Below, one piece after another: positions 36,653 to 46,286 of a stretch of 64,000 nt of DNA (the stretch's first letter is position 1; each line of letters opens with the position of its first letter). The notes under the pieces are model-generated. The model had not been told where the DNA came from and ran no database searches. It was given only the letters and a program-made list of their open reading frames with translations. The DNA comes from a bacterium. Lineage in GTDB: Bacteria; Patescibacteriota; Microgenomatia; Woykebacterales; RBG-16-39-9b. Position numbers and translations under genes: made by a program. Location: positions 256,832 through 320,831 of the forward strand of contig JAUYID010000009.1 of assembly GCA_030704665.1 (NCBI GenBank). The letters run 5' to 3'.

Positions 36653-37049
36653 GATCTTCCTCCGTTGTCAATGAGCTTGCCGATTCCGTACGAGATAGCG
36701 GCGAAGAAGAGCTCTGCGCCGATGATCCAGAGCAGTTCGCTGCGGTCGATGGTTGCACTGATTGCTCTCGCCCAAGCAGTGACCGCGGTGAACAGAATCA
36801 TGAATTGTGCCGCTGCGGTCCATCCTTTGACTCCCAATCCCAGGAACTTGCCTGTTGTCGTGTCCAGAATCACCAGACTATCTTCGGGACCAAGCATGAT
36901 CGCCAGGAATTCGAAGAAGACGACCACAACAAAATGAACAGTCCCAGCCGCCAGTCCAACAATGCTAGGAAGCTGCAAATCAGTGCATTCGCCAGAGTTG
37001 CTTGGGTAAGGACTCGCCACCGTAGGGAAACTGTTTCCCAGTAAGTCAT
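36649..37049 (-). pseudogene. Membrane protein, apparently frameshifted
   Basis: SD AGGAGG + ATG 37049 (MTYWETVSLRWRVLTQATLANALICSFL) is out of frame with the hydrophobic 36649-37020 ORF. Confidence 0.5.
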
Positions 37050-37121
37050 GATCTGCCTCCTGCTGATCTCTTTTCCAGTTGACCCAAATTATACTTAATT
37101 GTGCAAAGATAGTACAATGTC

Positions 37122-38030
37122 ATGATGGCAATTGACTTACACACCCATACAATTTACTCAGACGGTGGTTTGGAACCAGAAGAACTGGTGAGAAAAGCCA
37201 AAGAGATTGGTCTTTCGGCCCTGGCCATTGCTGATCACGATTCTGTTTCAGCACTTGAAGAAGGGTTAAAGATTGCCCAAGAAGTTGGTATTGAGCTAGT
37301 TCCAGCACTGGAAATCAGCTCTTACCCTGACGAAGAAAACGAGTTTCACATTTTAGGTTACTTTATTGATTGGCAGAACAGCGTTTTAGTTTCGACCCTG
37401 AAGCACTTTCAAGAAGTCAGAGATAAGCGGGCGCACAAAATTGCCGAGCGCTTAAACGAGCTTGGCTATCAGGTTAGCTATGAAGAGATACGCAAACAAG
37501 CCAAAGGAACTATAGTTCAACCCCATGTCGCGGCGGCCGTGATTGGAAATCCCGCCAATGAGAAAAAGTTAAAACAAGAGTTTGGAGTTTCACCCAAAAC
37601 CGGAGATTTCATCCGCGAGCATTTGATCCAGGGCAAAGACGCTTACATCACGCGAGAAGCTCTCACTCCCAAAGAGGCGCTTGATTTGATTCACAAGGCA
37701 GGTGGAATTACTTCTTTGGCCCACCCATGCTGGAACTTGGTGAAAAAAGACTCAGCAAGCGGAGAATTAGTTTTTGACGATGCGGGCTTGAAGGAACTTG
37801 TTAAAATAGGTTTAGACGGGATTGAAGTTTATGCCCATCGGGAAAACGAAGCCGATACGAGAGCGTGCGTTGACCATTACTTGAAACTTGCTACCGAGTT
37901 AAATTTGGTTGCGTCCGGAGGAAGTGATTTTCATGGTTATGGATCGGCGGGGAAGAAGCTGGGTTTTGAGGATTTTTACCTTAAGGTGCCGGATGCGGTG
38001 TTGGATGAACTTAAGAAATTCAAACGATAG
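37122..38030 (+). CDS. PHP-domain phosphoesterase (TrpH/YciV family)
   Basis: DLHTHTIYSDG, IADHD, LAHP, GGSDFHG. Confidence 0.95.
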   Translation: MMAIDLHTHTIYSDGGLEPEELVRKAKEIGLSALAIADHDSVSALEEGLKIAQEVGIELVPALEISSYPDEENEFHILGYFIDWQNSVLVSTLKHFQEVRDKRAHKIAERLNELGYQVSYEEIRKQAKGTIVQPHVAAAVIGNPANEKKLKQEFGVSPKTGDFIREHLIQGKDAYITREALTPKEALDLIHKAGGITSLAHPCWNLVKKDSASGELVFDDAGLKELVKIGLDGIEVYAHRENEADTRACVDHYLKLATELNLVASGGSDFHGYGSAGKKLGFEDFYLKVPDAVLDELKKFKR

Positions 38031-38078
38031 TTGTACGATATAAGATATCCTAAATCTTTTATCTTTAATCTTAGATCT

Positions 38079-38390
38079 ATGGAAGAGTGTTTGTTTTGCC
38101 AAATAATTAGAAAAGAAATACCCGCCAAAATTGTCTATGAAGATGAAAATATTATCGTTTTTCCGGATATTAATCCCAAGGCGAGAGTACACTTGCTTAT
38201 TGTACCTCGCGAGCACATAAACAGTGTTTTGGATTTGACGGACAAACAAAATATGACATTGACAAAAATGTTAAAAGTGGTACAAGAGTTAATAAGGGGT
38301 CAGAAAATCGAGGGTGGTTACCAACTTCTTTTCAACGGCGGTAAACACCAACACGTACCTCACCTCCACTGGCATTTGCTGGGAGACTAG
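38079..38390 (+). CDS. HIT family protein (HinT-like)
   Basis: CLFCQI, QHVPHLHWHLLG; start at ATG 38079. Confidence 0.93.
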   Translation: MEECLFCQIIRKEIPAKIVYEDENIIVFPDINPKARVHLLIVPREHINSVLDLTDKQNMTLTKMLKVVQELIRGQKIEGGYQLLFNGGKHQHVPHLHWHLLGD

Positions 38391-38564
38391 TTTGTTAAGT
38401 ACTAAGTTGTAAGTTTTAAGTTAACTGCTTAAAACTTGCCACATAAGACTTAAAACTCAAAGGGAGGTGTGTTAAGTTTAACGATTTTTATATTGAGCTA
38501 TTAGGTTGTTTCTGAGAAACCAAAAATCTATATGCGCTCAATATAATTTTCGCAAGCTCAAACT

Positions 38565-38747
38565 ATGACTATTGTTAAGGCTCAAGAGGGCGAGTCAGTT
38601 GACGTCTTGATACGGAAATTTAATAAAAAAGTTCAGGCCGATGGTATTCTCACCGAGCTAAAAAAGCGGGAGTTTTACGAAAAACCCTCAGTTGTTCGTA
38701 AACGTGAGAAACAAATGCGCGGGCGCAAGCGCCGTGTTGAATATTAA
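38565..38747 (+). CDS. rpsU: 30S ribosomal protein S21
   Basis: GESVDVLIRKFNKKV...KREFYEKPS. Confidence 0.95.
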   Translation: MTIVKAQEGESVDVLIRKFNKKVQADGILTELKKREFYEKPSVVRKREKQMRGRKRRVEY

Positions 38748-38851
38748 AACCAGATAGCAATTTCTCCCTGTTCATATCTTTTGTTCAGACAAAAATACAG
38801 TCTTGAAAAGCAAGTATACTTTTCCTCACTTCTAGTGCATAATAGCCACAA

Positions 38852-39328
38852 ATGCACAAGATTGATGTCTACATAGAACCACACTATCCACTGCGCAAAA
38901 AACAGCTCTCGGCTCCAGCATTGGCTACTTTGGAGGAAGCAGGGGTCAAGGGAGACAGTTTGGTCTCGGTTTCAATCGTGGGAGACCGCAAGATGCGAGC
39001 CTTGAACAAAGACTATCGTGGTCTTGATCAGACGACCGATGTGCTCGCCTTTCCCTACACTTTTTCATCTGGAAAAGAGAAGTTTGTCGAAGCTGAAAAT
39101 TCTGAGTATTTAAATTTGGGCGATATCATCATTTCATACCCCCAGCTCCTTGAAAGGGCGGCGAAAGAGGATATGCTAGTTGAGGAGATGGCCGCTTTTC
39201 TCGTCATCCATGGAACACTACACTTGCTTGGTTATGATCACGAGCGGGATGAAGAGGCAGCCAAGATGGAACCACTGGAAGACGCGATCCTTTCCAAACT
39301 CTTTCCTGCAATACAAGTAGTCCATTAA
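38852..39328 (+). CDS. ybeY: rRNA maturation endoribonuclease YbeY
   Basis: TDVLAF, LGDIIIS, HGTLHLLGYDH. Confidence 0.96.
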   Translation: MHKIDVYIEPHYPLRKKQLSAPALATLEEAGVKGDSLVSVSIVGDRKMRALNKDYRGLDQTTDVLAFPYTFSSGKEKFVEAENSEYLNLGDIIISYPQLLERAAKEDMLVEEMAAFLVIHGTLHLLGYDHERDEEAAKMEPLEDAILSKLFPAIQVVH

Positions 39329-39395
39329 TTGACTTTCAGAAGTATAATTTCAATAACTCCAAATTCGAGAGACAAAGGGAAAGGAGGTTTGCTAA

Positions 39396-39758
39396 GTGGA
39401 AGACAAGTCTGAATTCAGTGGCTGGGTTTACACCTTTCGCTTCACTATACCCATCCAAGCGGGTAAAGGGTTTCGAGAAGCGAACAAACTGGTGGCTGAA
39501 TGGGTGTGGGACGCCGAAGTGGTCCGTTTCGTTCATGATCACGCCAACCACGTCATGGTCATCACCGATCAGTTCGACCAGAAGTTTTGCGACCAACTAG
39601 TTTCTCGGTTGGAAGGTGGCGAGTCAGTAAAACTTCCGGACCAGGTGGTTCAGGACAAAGTCAGAACTTTTGCTCGTGACAAAGCTGTCACGCCACACAT
39701 AAGGAGGAGGACGAGGTCTCTGCAGAACTGCGCCGGCTTTTCTTTCAGCCGCAACTAA
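39396..39758 (+). CDS. Hypothetical protein (orphan)
   Basis: SD AAGGAGG, TTGACT promoter, downstream hairpin AAAGTGGGAC...GTCCCACTTT. Confidence 0.6.
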   Translation: MEDKSEFSGWVYTFRFTIPIQAGKGFREANKLVAEWVWDAEVVRFVHDHANHVMVITDQFDQKFCDQLVSRLEGGESVKLPDQVVQDKVRTFARDKAVTPHIRRRTRSLQNCAGFSFSRN

Positions 39759-39837
39759 AGTGGGACACGATACAGGACCCGCGTCCCACTTTCACCCCAA
39801 CTTGCATTTAATTATTTCTAGCTGGTAAGCTCAAGAG

Positions 39838-39942
39838 GTGAAGATTGTAGTCGGTCTCGGTCCCACCTACCTTGCTTTTCGCCTTTTCAGTACTATTCGT
39901 ACACGGCTCAAAGGGCGGTTTGGAGGGACCAAGCAAATATGA
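39838..39942 (+). other. Duplicated Pth N-terminus (34-aa uORF starting MKIVVGLG) joined to pth by an ATGA overlap
   Basis: GTG AAG ATT GTA GTC GGT CTC GGT, then a GGTCCC...GGGACC-bounded insert; stop TGA 39940-42 overlaps the pth ATG at 39939. Confidence 0.7.
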
Positions 39943-40463
39943 AATTAATAGTGGGGCTTGGAAATCCAGGTGAAAAGTATGCCAGAAACCGACACAATCT
40001 CGGCTTTATGGTCGTGGACGAAATGGTCAAAGGCCAAATTGTTTCTCCCACAGTGGACAAAAAATCCGAATCCAACGTTTACAAAGTGGGTGAGACTATC
40101 CTGCAAAAACCGATGACTTTTATGAACCTTTCCGGTAGGGCAGTCAAAGTCATGGCTGACTTCTACAAAATTCCAGCAGAAAATATTTTGGTGATCCATG
40201 ACGAAGTTGATCTGGAATTTGGCGATATCAAACACCAGTTTGATCGAGGTGCTGCTGGTCACAATGGGGTAGACTCAGTGATTCAGTCTCTTGGTACACA
40301 AGAGTTCCACCGTTTGCGGGTCGGGGTTGGCCGAGGGGAAAATCCTAATATTGAAACCGCTGATTGGGTCTTGCAGGATTTTGCCGAAAGCAAAGAAGAA
40401 GTGGAAAAACTCATTACTCGCGCTGCCGAAGTAGCGGAAAACTGGATCGGTAAACCGCGTTAA
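39939..40463 (+). CDS. pth: Peptidyl-tRNA hydrolase
   Basis: MKLIVGLGNPG...RHNLGF, KPMTFMNLSG, GHNGV. Confidence 0.97.
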   Translation: MKLIVGLGNPGEKYARNRHNLGFMVVDEMVKGQIVSPTVDKKSESNVYKVGETILQKPMTFMNLSGRAVKVMADFYKIPAENILVIHDEVDLEFGDIKHQFDRGAAGHNGVDSVIQSLGTQEFHRLRVGVGRGENPNIETADWVLQDFAESKEEVEKLITRAAEVAENWIGKPR

Positions 40464-40472
40464 GATCTCTTG

Positions 40473-43106
40473 CTAAGGAATAAACTTCCCTCGTAGCCAG
40501 TTCAAAGTCTTTTCTTTGACAAGATCAGTGTCGGTGTAGTCAGTAGTTGTGGAAACACCCAAGACAGAATTGTAATTGTTGATCTCATCCTTATCAAGTA
40601 ATTTGTCGATTGCTTCTTCAGCTTCTTTCTTTTCGGGGCCTGGGAGCTCAACAATTTTTGCAAAAGTCGAAATTGAGTAGACGGAGTCTTGCTTTGTGAC
40701 CAAAGTTCTGATGCTTTTTAGAGTCTTTAGGTAGCCTTTGTAGGCAGTTTCAGTGCTGCTGTTTAAATAAGAAGTGTAGCTAGAATCAAAAGATTTGATG
40801 TAATCAACTAAACCCCAAAACTGTATTGGCTCGATAAAAGCAAAACCGCCAATTTTTTCTTTGACTTGAGAGAACTGATCCTTCCAGGAGTCTGACTCCA
40901 GAAGAGTTTTGCCACCCTTAGTCTCAAAGTCAATCAATTCCTTGATAGATTTGTCCGTGACTGAAAAATCAAGAATTACTTTCTTTTTTGTGACCGCAAA
41001 GTAAAGGTTCAGTTTAAGCTCACCGTAAAAATAAAGTTGAAGGGTGTAAATTTTGACTCCGGAGTAGTCAGAAACTTTTGGAGTGATCCTTCCCGCGGAT
41101 TTACTAATTTCTCCCGAAAAACTGGAAGCTCCATTCAGGATTGAATAGATCCGACCGTCTTCTAGATTTGCCTTGAGGGTGTAGGTAGAACCGGTAGTAG
41201 TATAGGAGTAGTTTGCCTTGGTGGAAGGGTCTTTGGGGATGGTGCGCAGATAGGTGGTAGTTTCAGAAGTCAGAGCTGAAAGAGAGCTGGGGTATTTCGA
41301 ATGCTTGATAAAATAAACCCCCAAGGCGCTGGCAAGACTGCGCAAATCTGATTGACGAGCATAATCTCGGGATTGGGCTGCATAATCTCGAATAGCCAAT
41401 TTCGATAGTGAGTTTTCTGCCTTGCTTTGATCTTTGGTGGTTGCCAAGATGATAAACTCTGGGGCAGTCTTGGCACTTCCGGCATTGAAAAGCATTGCGT
41501 TTTGACCTTCGAGCCAACTTAAAATATCATCGTCGAAATCCAAGTTAGTAGAGTCTTTGATAGTTTTTTTGTACTCTTCCCAATCTTTGAGAGCTTGCTC
41601 AAAAGCTTTGCGTTGGTTGCGGGATTCCGAGTTTTCTGCCAGATCTTTGATTTTATCAATCTGGTCGTTGACGATCTGCTTCAGGTTGCGGGTTTCAGCA
41701 TAAAAAGCGGGACTGATTCCGTTCAAGGTAGCGGGTATTTGGTTGGCGAGAGACTCAGAAATAAGGAAAGGATCTTTCAAGTTTTCATTCTTAGTTTTAG
41801 TCGTATCGAGTTGGAGGGAATCTATCTTAAAGCCATCTTTTTCGGCGACGACAGATATTCCACTGACTACGTGGTCGGCTGTTTTTGAGTTTTCATCAGT
41901 TGTGATAGTTAAATCTGTAGCCCCAATACCGAGGTAGGATTGGCTCAGGCCCTCAGCCGGCAAAAAGCTATTGTAAGGTGTAGTCGGTGTGTTTGAATAG
42001 TATTTGAGGAAGCTTTGCGAAGGGAAAAACTTAGCGACAGCCTGGTGATCAGGATCATCTTTGATGCTTTTGAGTTTGTTTTTGTTGGAAAGGCCGAAGC
42101 TAGCCTTGAGTTTGGCAAGGTCAGAAATCTTTTTGATGTCATCTTCCTTGGGACCGGCGATGATAAATTTGTTGATAGCTTGAGCAAAAATCGTGGGTGG
42201 TTTCGCCTTTTCTGGACAAGGAGTCCTTGAGGGGCTATAGATTCCACAGTTAAAATTAGTACTGGGCTGGGCAGAGGTTTCCGCCTCTTTCAAATGCAGA
42301 TCTAAATAGTTCTGATCCCCATATTTCTTTTTTGAAACAGCGTAGGCATCGTCTTGAGTGAATTTATCAAGTCTTTCTTGCGCTTTTGCCCCGGTCAGTA
42401 AGTCAGTGAAGCTGACGATATTCTGCATAGCAGGGTAGGAGGTAGCACCCTTTTCTTGCTTGGAAATTTGGGTGAGAAAAAGCTCGTTTTTTGAGAGGCG
42501 GAGAAAATCATCAAAGGGGTTATTCGAGTTACTTAGAGATTGGGTGATTGATTTATCAAGGCTAGTAATGACTTTTTCGCCATTGGGGAATTTCTTGATT
42601 AAATCTTTGGCCGCTAGAGCTTGGGGATTGTTTTTAACCGAAAGAGAAAGATAAAACAAAGCGTCATCAGGAATAAGATCAAGCGTGGTGACTTTATCAA
42701 GAACAAAGGTTTTTACTCCGAGAAAACCCGCTCCTCCGATTAAGACCAACCCCAAAGCAGCGACTATAAGAAAAAGAGGACCTTTTCCGAACAAACCCTT
42801 ACTAATTGTGGAGGAGGGAGGGGGTGGCTCTGGTGTATTACTTGAACTAGTTGGGCTCGGTATTGGGGAGGGGGTTACAGTTTCAGGTTCCGTCGTCGAG
42901 GTGGTTGCCGCGTTTTCCCAAGGTGTAGAGTAAGCGCTTGGGTCTGTGCTTCTGGTGAGCTGATTAGCTGTTCCAACTGCTGTTTGAGAAGTTTTTTCTG
43001 GTGCGAGTGTAGGTGGGTTGTTGACTGATTGGGTGGGAGCTAAGTCTGGGACGGGTTTGGAATTAGTTCCTTGATTTGGGTCGGTGACTTGGTTTAAGTT
43101 TTCCAT
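40473..43106 (-). CDS. Large membrane-anchored protein (DUF3352-like) with an internal pilin/GspG-like domain
   Basis: Pro/Thr-rich N-terminus, TM, LIPDDALFY, LDFDDDILSWLEG; internal SRDYARQSDLRSLASALGVY...YP...IPKDP...YSY. Confidence 0.65.
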   Translation of the reverse strand: MENLNQVTDPNQGTNSKPVPDLAPTQSVNNPPTLAPEKTSQTAVGTANQLTRSTDPSAYSTPWENAATTSTTEPETVTPSPIPSPTSSSNTPEPPPPSSTISKGLFGKGPLFLIVAALGLVLIGGAGFLGVKTFVLDKVTTLDLIPDDALFYLSLSVKNNPQALAAKDLIKKFPNGEKVITSLDKSITQSLSNSNNPFDDFLRLSKNELFLTQISKQEKGATSYPAMQNIVSFTDLLTGAKAQERLDKFTQDDAYAVSKKKYGDQNYLDLHLKEAETSAQPSTNFNCGIYSPSRTPCPEKAKPPTIFAQAINKFIIAGPKEDDIKKISDLAKLKASFGLSNKNKLKSIKDDPDHQAVAKFFPSQSFLKYYSNTPTTPYNSFLPAEGLSQSYLGIGATDLTITTDENSKTADHVVSGISVVAEKDGFKIDSLQLDTTKTKNENLKDPFLISESLANQIPATLNGISPAFYAETRNLKQIVNDQIDKIKDLAENSESRNQRKAFEQALKDWEEYKKTIKDSTNLDFDDDILSWLEGQNAMLFNAGSAKTAPEFIILATTKDQSKAENSLSKLAIRDYAAQSRDYARQSDLRSLASALGVYFIKHSKYPSSLSALTSETTTYLRTIPKDPSTKANYSYTTTGSTYTLKANLEDGRIYSILNGASSFSGEISKSAGRITPKVSDYSGVKIYTLQLYFYGELKLNLYFAVTKKKVILDFSVTDKSIKELIDFETKGGKTLLESDSWKDQFSQVKEKIGGFAFIEPIQFWGLVDYIKSFDSSYTSYLNSSTETAYKGYLKTLKSIRTLVTKQDSVYSISTFAKIVELPGPEKKEAEEAIDKLLDKDEINNYNSVLGVSTTTDYTDTDLVKEKTLNWLRGKFIP

Positions 43107-43208
43107 TAAGGCAGAAGTAATTAAATTATTGCACGCTGACTTGAGCAAAAGCAAGCTTTGGCAACTGATATATAATGAGGGTTTGAAAGGAGGCTTATTA
43201 CACAGCTA

Positions 43209-45140
43209 GTGAGGAAAAACCAAAAAGATTCACCCACCCCCAAAAGTGCTTTGGGGTCTTTTGTCGTGGAAAAGAATCAAAAACTCTCTTCACAGGACTT
43301 TACTAGAAAATTAACTGAACTCGATTATGAGTTTCAGGGGATCAGTCAAGTTTCCAAGACCGGGCAGTTTTCAGTGCGGGGGAGTTTGATTGACCTTTGG
43401 CTGGAAAGATACAAAATTCCGGTCCGCTTTGATTTGATTGGAGAAAAAATTGAGGGGATTTACTTGTTCAATCCAATTACTCAAGAAAAGGTAAAAAGTT
43501 TGAACAAAGTGTATATCTTTCCTTATAGTTCTTTGCCGGTTTTTGCGCCGAAATGGGCAAAGAAACAAATCGGGAATAGTGAAAAACTTTTTCTTTCCGA
43601 GGTAGAAATCGGAGATTTAGTAGTCCATATTGAGCACGGAATCGCCCGTTTTTCCGGGATTGAGTTTCGAGAGCTGCAGCCAAAGGAGGGGAAGACCTAC
43701 TTAATTTTGGAATATGCTAAGGGTGATAAACTTTTTGTGCCGATTGAGCAGATCGAGCGCGTCACTAAATACCTTGGAGTGGCAGGTAGAAAACCAGCCC
43801 TGAATTATTTAGGGACAGGAGCTTGGGAACTGACCAAACAGCGGGTCAAAGAGCAGGTCGTTAGCTTTGCTGTGGATCTGCTTAAAGTTTATGCCAAAAG
43901 GGAAGTTTCGGCTCGTAAAGCATACGAAACTGACAACCCTTGGCTCAAAGAACTGGAAAGCAGTTTTGAATTCGAAGAAACTCCCGATCAGCTTCAAACT
44001 ATTGAGGCAATCAACAAAGACCTGTCTTCAACCAAACCGATGGACCGTCTGCTGGTTGGTGATGTCGGTTTCGGGAAAACCGAAGTGGCGCTTCGTACTG
44101 CCTTTAAGGCTGCCGTCGAGGCTCGTCAAGTCGCTTTGCTCGTCCCAACGACTATTTTGGCTGAGCAACATTTTCATTTCTTTCGCGATCGGCTCGCGTC
44201 CTTCCCAGTCAAAGTAGCCCTTCTTTCACGCTTTCAGGAAAAAGAAAAGCAAAAGGAAGTTTTGGAAGGGCTAAAAGGCGGTTCAGTTGATATTGTCATT
44301 GGGACGCACCGCTTGCTTTCCAAAGACGTGGAGTTTAAAAACCTAGGACTAGCTATCATTGATGAAGAGCACCGCTTCGGGGTCGATGCCAAGGAGCACT
44401 TCAAAAAGTTAAGGCCCGAAGTTGACATCTTGTCTCTGTCTGCCACCCCGATACCTAGAACTTTGCAGATGGCGATGGCCAAAATTAGAAAAGTTTCGAG
44501 TCTTTCGACTCCACCCTCGGGTCGTCAACCGATCAAAACTTTGGTTGGGTCTTTTGATCAGGACAGAGTCATACAAGCTGTAAAAGCAGAACTGGATAGA
44601 AAAGGGCAAGTCTATTACGTTTACAACCACATTCCTCTGCTCGGCCAAAAATCTGCTCAGTTGCAAAGATTATTTCCAGAAGCACGGATCGTCTATGCGC
44701 ACGGGCAGATGGGAGATCGGCAGTTGGAAGAGGTGATGGATCAGTTCTACTCTCGTGAGGTTGATGTTTTGGTTTGTACCACGATCATTGGCTCGGGACT
44801 CGACATGCCCAACGTTAATTCAATAATAATTGAAGATGCACAGAACTTTGGTCTGGCCGATCTTTACCAACTGCGTGGTCGGGTCGGTCGGGCCGAGAGG
44901 CAGGCCTTTGCCTTTCTTTTTTACCCGGGGAAGTTTACTCCGAAGGGCTCAGCTTTCGAAAGGTTGCTCGCCATGGCCGAAGCAACTGACCTTGGGGCCG
45001 GGTTTAAAATTGCCAAAAAAGATCTAGAGATTCGTGGGGCAGGCAATTTACTGGGCAAAGCTCAGCACGGCAGTATTGCTCTGGTTGGATTTGAGCTCTA
45101 CATCCAACTACTTGCCCAGGCAGTTGAGCAGCTCATATAA
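43209..45140 (+). CDS. mfd: Transcription-repair coupling factor, shortened
   Basis: RID (GDLVVHIEHGIARF), GDVGFGKTEVA, DEEH, QLRGRVGR, DLEIRGAGNLLG; no C-terminal D7. Confidence 0.93.
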   Translation: MRKNQKDSPTPKSALGSFVVEKNQKLSSQDFTRKLTELDYEFQGISQVSKTGQFSVRGSLIDLWLERYKIPVRFDLIGEKIEGIYLFNPITQEKVKSLNKVYIFPYSSLPVFAPKWAKKQIGNSEKLFLSEVEIGDLVVHIEHGIARFSGIEFRELQPKEGKTYLILEYAKGDKLFVPIEQIERVTKYLGVAGRKPALNYLGTGAWELTKQRVKEQVVSFAVDLLKVYAKREVSARKAYETDNPWLKELESSFEFEETPDQLQTIEAINKDLSSTKPMDRLLVGDVGFGKTEVALRTAFKAAVEARQVALLVPTTILAEQHFHFFRDRLASFPVKVALLSRFQEKEKQKEVLEGLKGGSVDIVIGTHRLLSKDVEFKNLGLAIIDEEHRFGVDAKEHFKKLRPEVDILSLSATPIPRTLQMAMAKIRKVSSLSTPPSGRQPIKTLVGSFDQDRVIQAVKAELDRKGQVYYVYNHIPLLGQKSAQLQRLFPEARIVYAHGQMGDRQLEEVMDQFYSREVDVLVCTTIIGSGLDMPNVNSIIIEDAQNFGLADLYQLRGRVGRAERQAFAFLFYPGKFTPKGSAFERLLAMAEATDLGAGFKIAKKDLEIRGAGNLLGKAQHGSIALVGFELYIQLLAQAVEQLI

Positions 45141-45224
45141 GACTTTACTTTTCTTGATCCAAGATTTATATACAAGTTACCACAAGGCTAATTGTTGGCT
45201 AGGAAGCCATTTCAGGAGGGCAAG

Positions 45225-45674
45225 ATGAAGAACAGGGAGCTAATAGTAGAGATTGCCAATGATGAAGGCAAGATGGCTGATGCACTAGCGGTGCGGCACA
45301 CTGTCTTTGTTGTTGAGCAGATGATTGATGAGGTTCTCGAAAGAGATGAGCTTGACGCGGAAGCGATTCATGTTGTTGGCTACCTTGAGGCTGAGCCCGT
45401 CGCCGCCGGTCGTGCAGTCATCGAAGGTGGATCGGCCAAGATCGGTCGGATGGCGGTGCTAAAGGCCCAGCGGGGCAAGGGTTTTGGAGTTGATATTCTT
45501 CAGGCCCTGGAGGAGGCCTGCAAGGATCAAGGAATCTGGGTCGCGCGCCTCAACGCTCAGGAACACGCCGCCGGATTTTACTCTCAGGCTGGCTACCATC
45601 GAGTTGAAGGAACGCAGCCTTTTCTTGAAGCTGGCATCAGACACATAATGATGAAAAAGGACCTCTCGCGGTAA
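45225..45674 (+). CDS. GNAT acetyltransferase (YjcF/ElaA-like)
   Basis: VRHTVFVVEQ, KIGRMAVLKAQRGKGFG, LNAQ...FY, FLEAGIRH. Confidence 0.9.
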   Translation: MKNRELIVEIANDEGKMADALAVRHTVFVVEQMIDEVLERDELDAEAIHVVGYLEAEPVAAGRAVIEGGSAKIGRMAVLKAQRGKGFGVDILQALEEACKDQGIWVARLNAQEHAAGFYSQAGYHRVEGTQPFLEAGIRHIMMKKDLSR

Positions 45675-45707
45675 ACATCGGAGTAGAGATCGATCTGAGC
45701 CCCCAGT

Positions 45708-46100
45708 TTAGTTTTGACTGTGGGGCTCTTCGCGTTTTGTTGGTGCATTGACCAGATTGGGATTGTTTTCTCCCATGAAATTGATATAGCCGTCTTCGTG
45801 AGGCTCACACTTGCCGTTTTGGCATTCCCCACCATAGTGATGAGTGTTGTGGATCAAACCGCCGTATTTGTTCCAAACATAGCTGCCGTGAACTTCAACT
45901 TCTTCTTCAACTTTGACTGGAACCCGATAGGCCCGCTTCAGGTTGTGGGCGACCAAAACCGTGTGCCCACCTTCAGGCTCAATAATGAAACGTTGGTGAG
46001 GTGTATCATCAGTATCGTCAGTCAAGATACGAGTGACTTTACCGGAAACGGTGAGTGGGACTCCATGAAGGCGGCGAGCGAAGGCTTCTTCAACTGTCAT
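45708..46100 (-). CDS. DUF3465-like OB-fold protein
   Basis: GKVTRILTDD...HQRFII...LVAHN...GGLIHNTHH...HEDGYI. Confidence 0.8.
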   Translation of the reverse strand: MTVEEAFARRLHGVPLTVSGKVTRILTDDTDDTPHQRFIIEPEGGHTVLVAHNLKRAYRVPVKVEEEVEVHGSYVWNKYGGLIHNTHHYGGECQNGKCEPHEDGYINFMGENNPNLVNAPTKREEPHSQN

Positions 46101-46286
46101 TACCTTAATTATAGTATTTTTTAGAGAGCTAAGTCGAAACGACGCAAAGATCGAAGAAATTTATATCAAAAAAATCCTGCGACCACTTCGTGGGCTTTGT
46201 ACCTAAGGGGGAGGTGTCGGGTACCAAGTTTGAAGGGTATTGGCCGGTTGTCTTTAGGGTAAGTTACATTTAGAATAGTTAGCGCA

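Noticed and set aside
46125-46286. SRP RNA upstream of dnaX
   Set aside because: The conserved domain IV motif (CAGG...GGAA...AGCAG) was not found.
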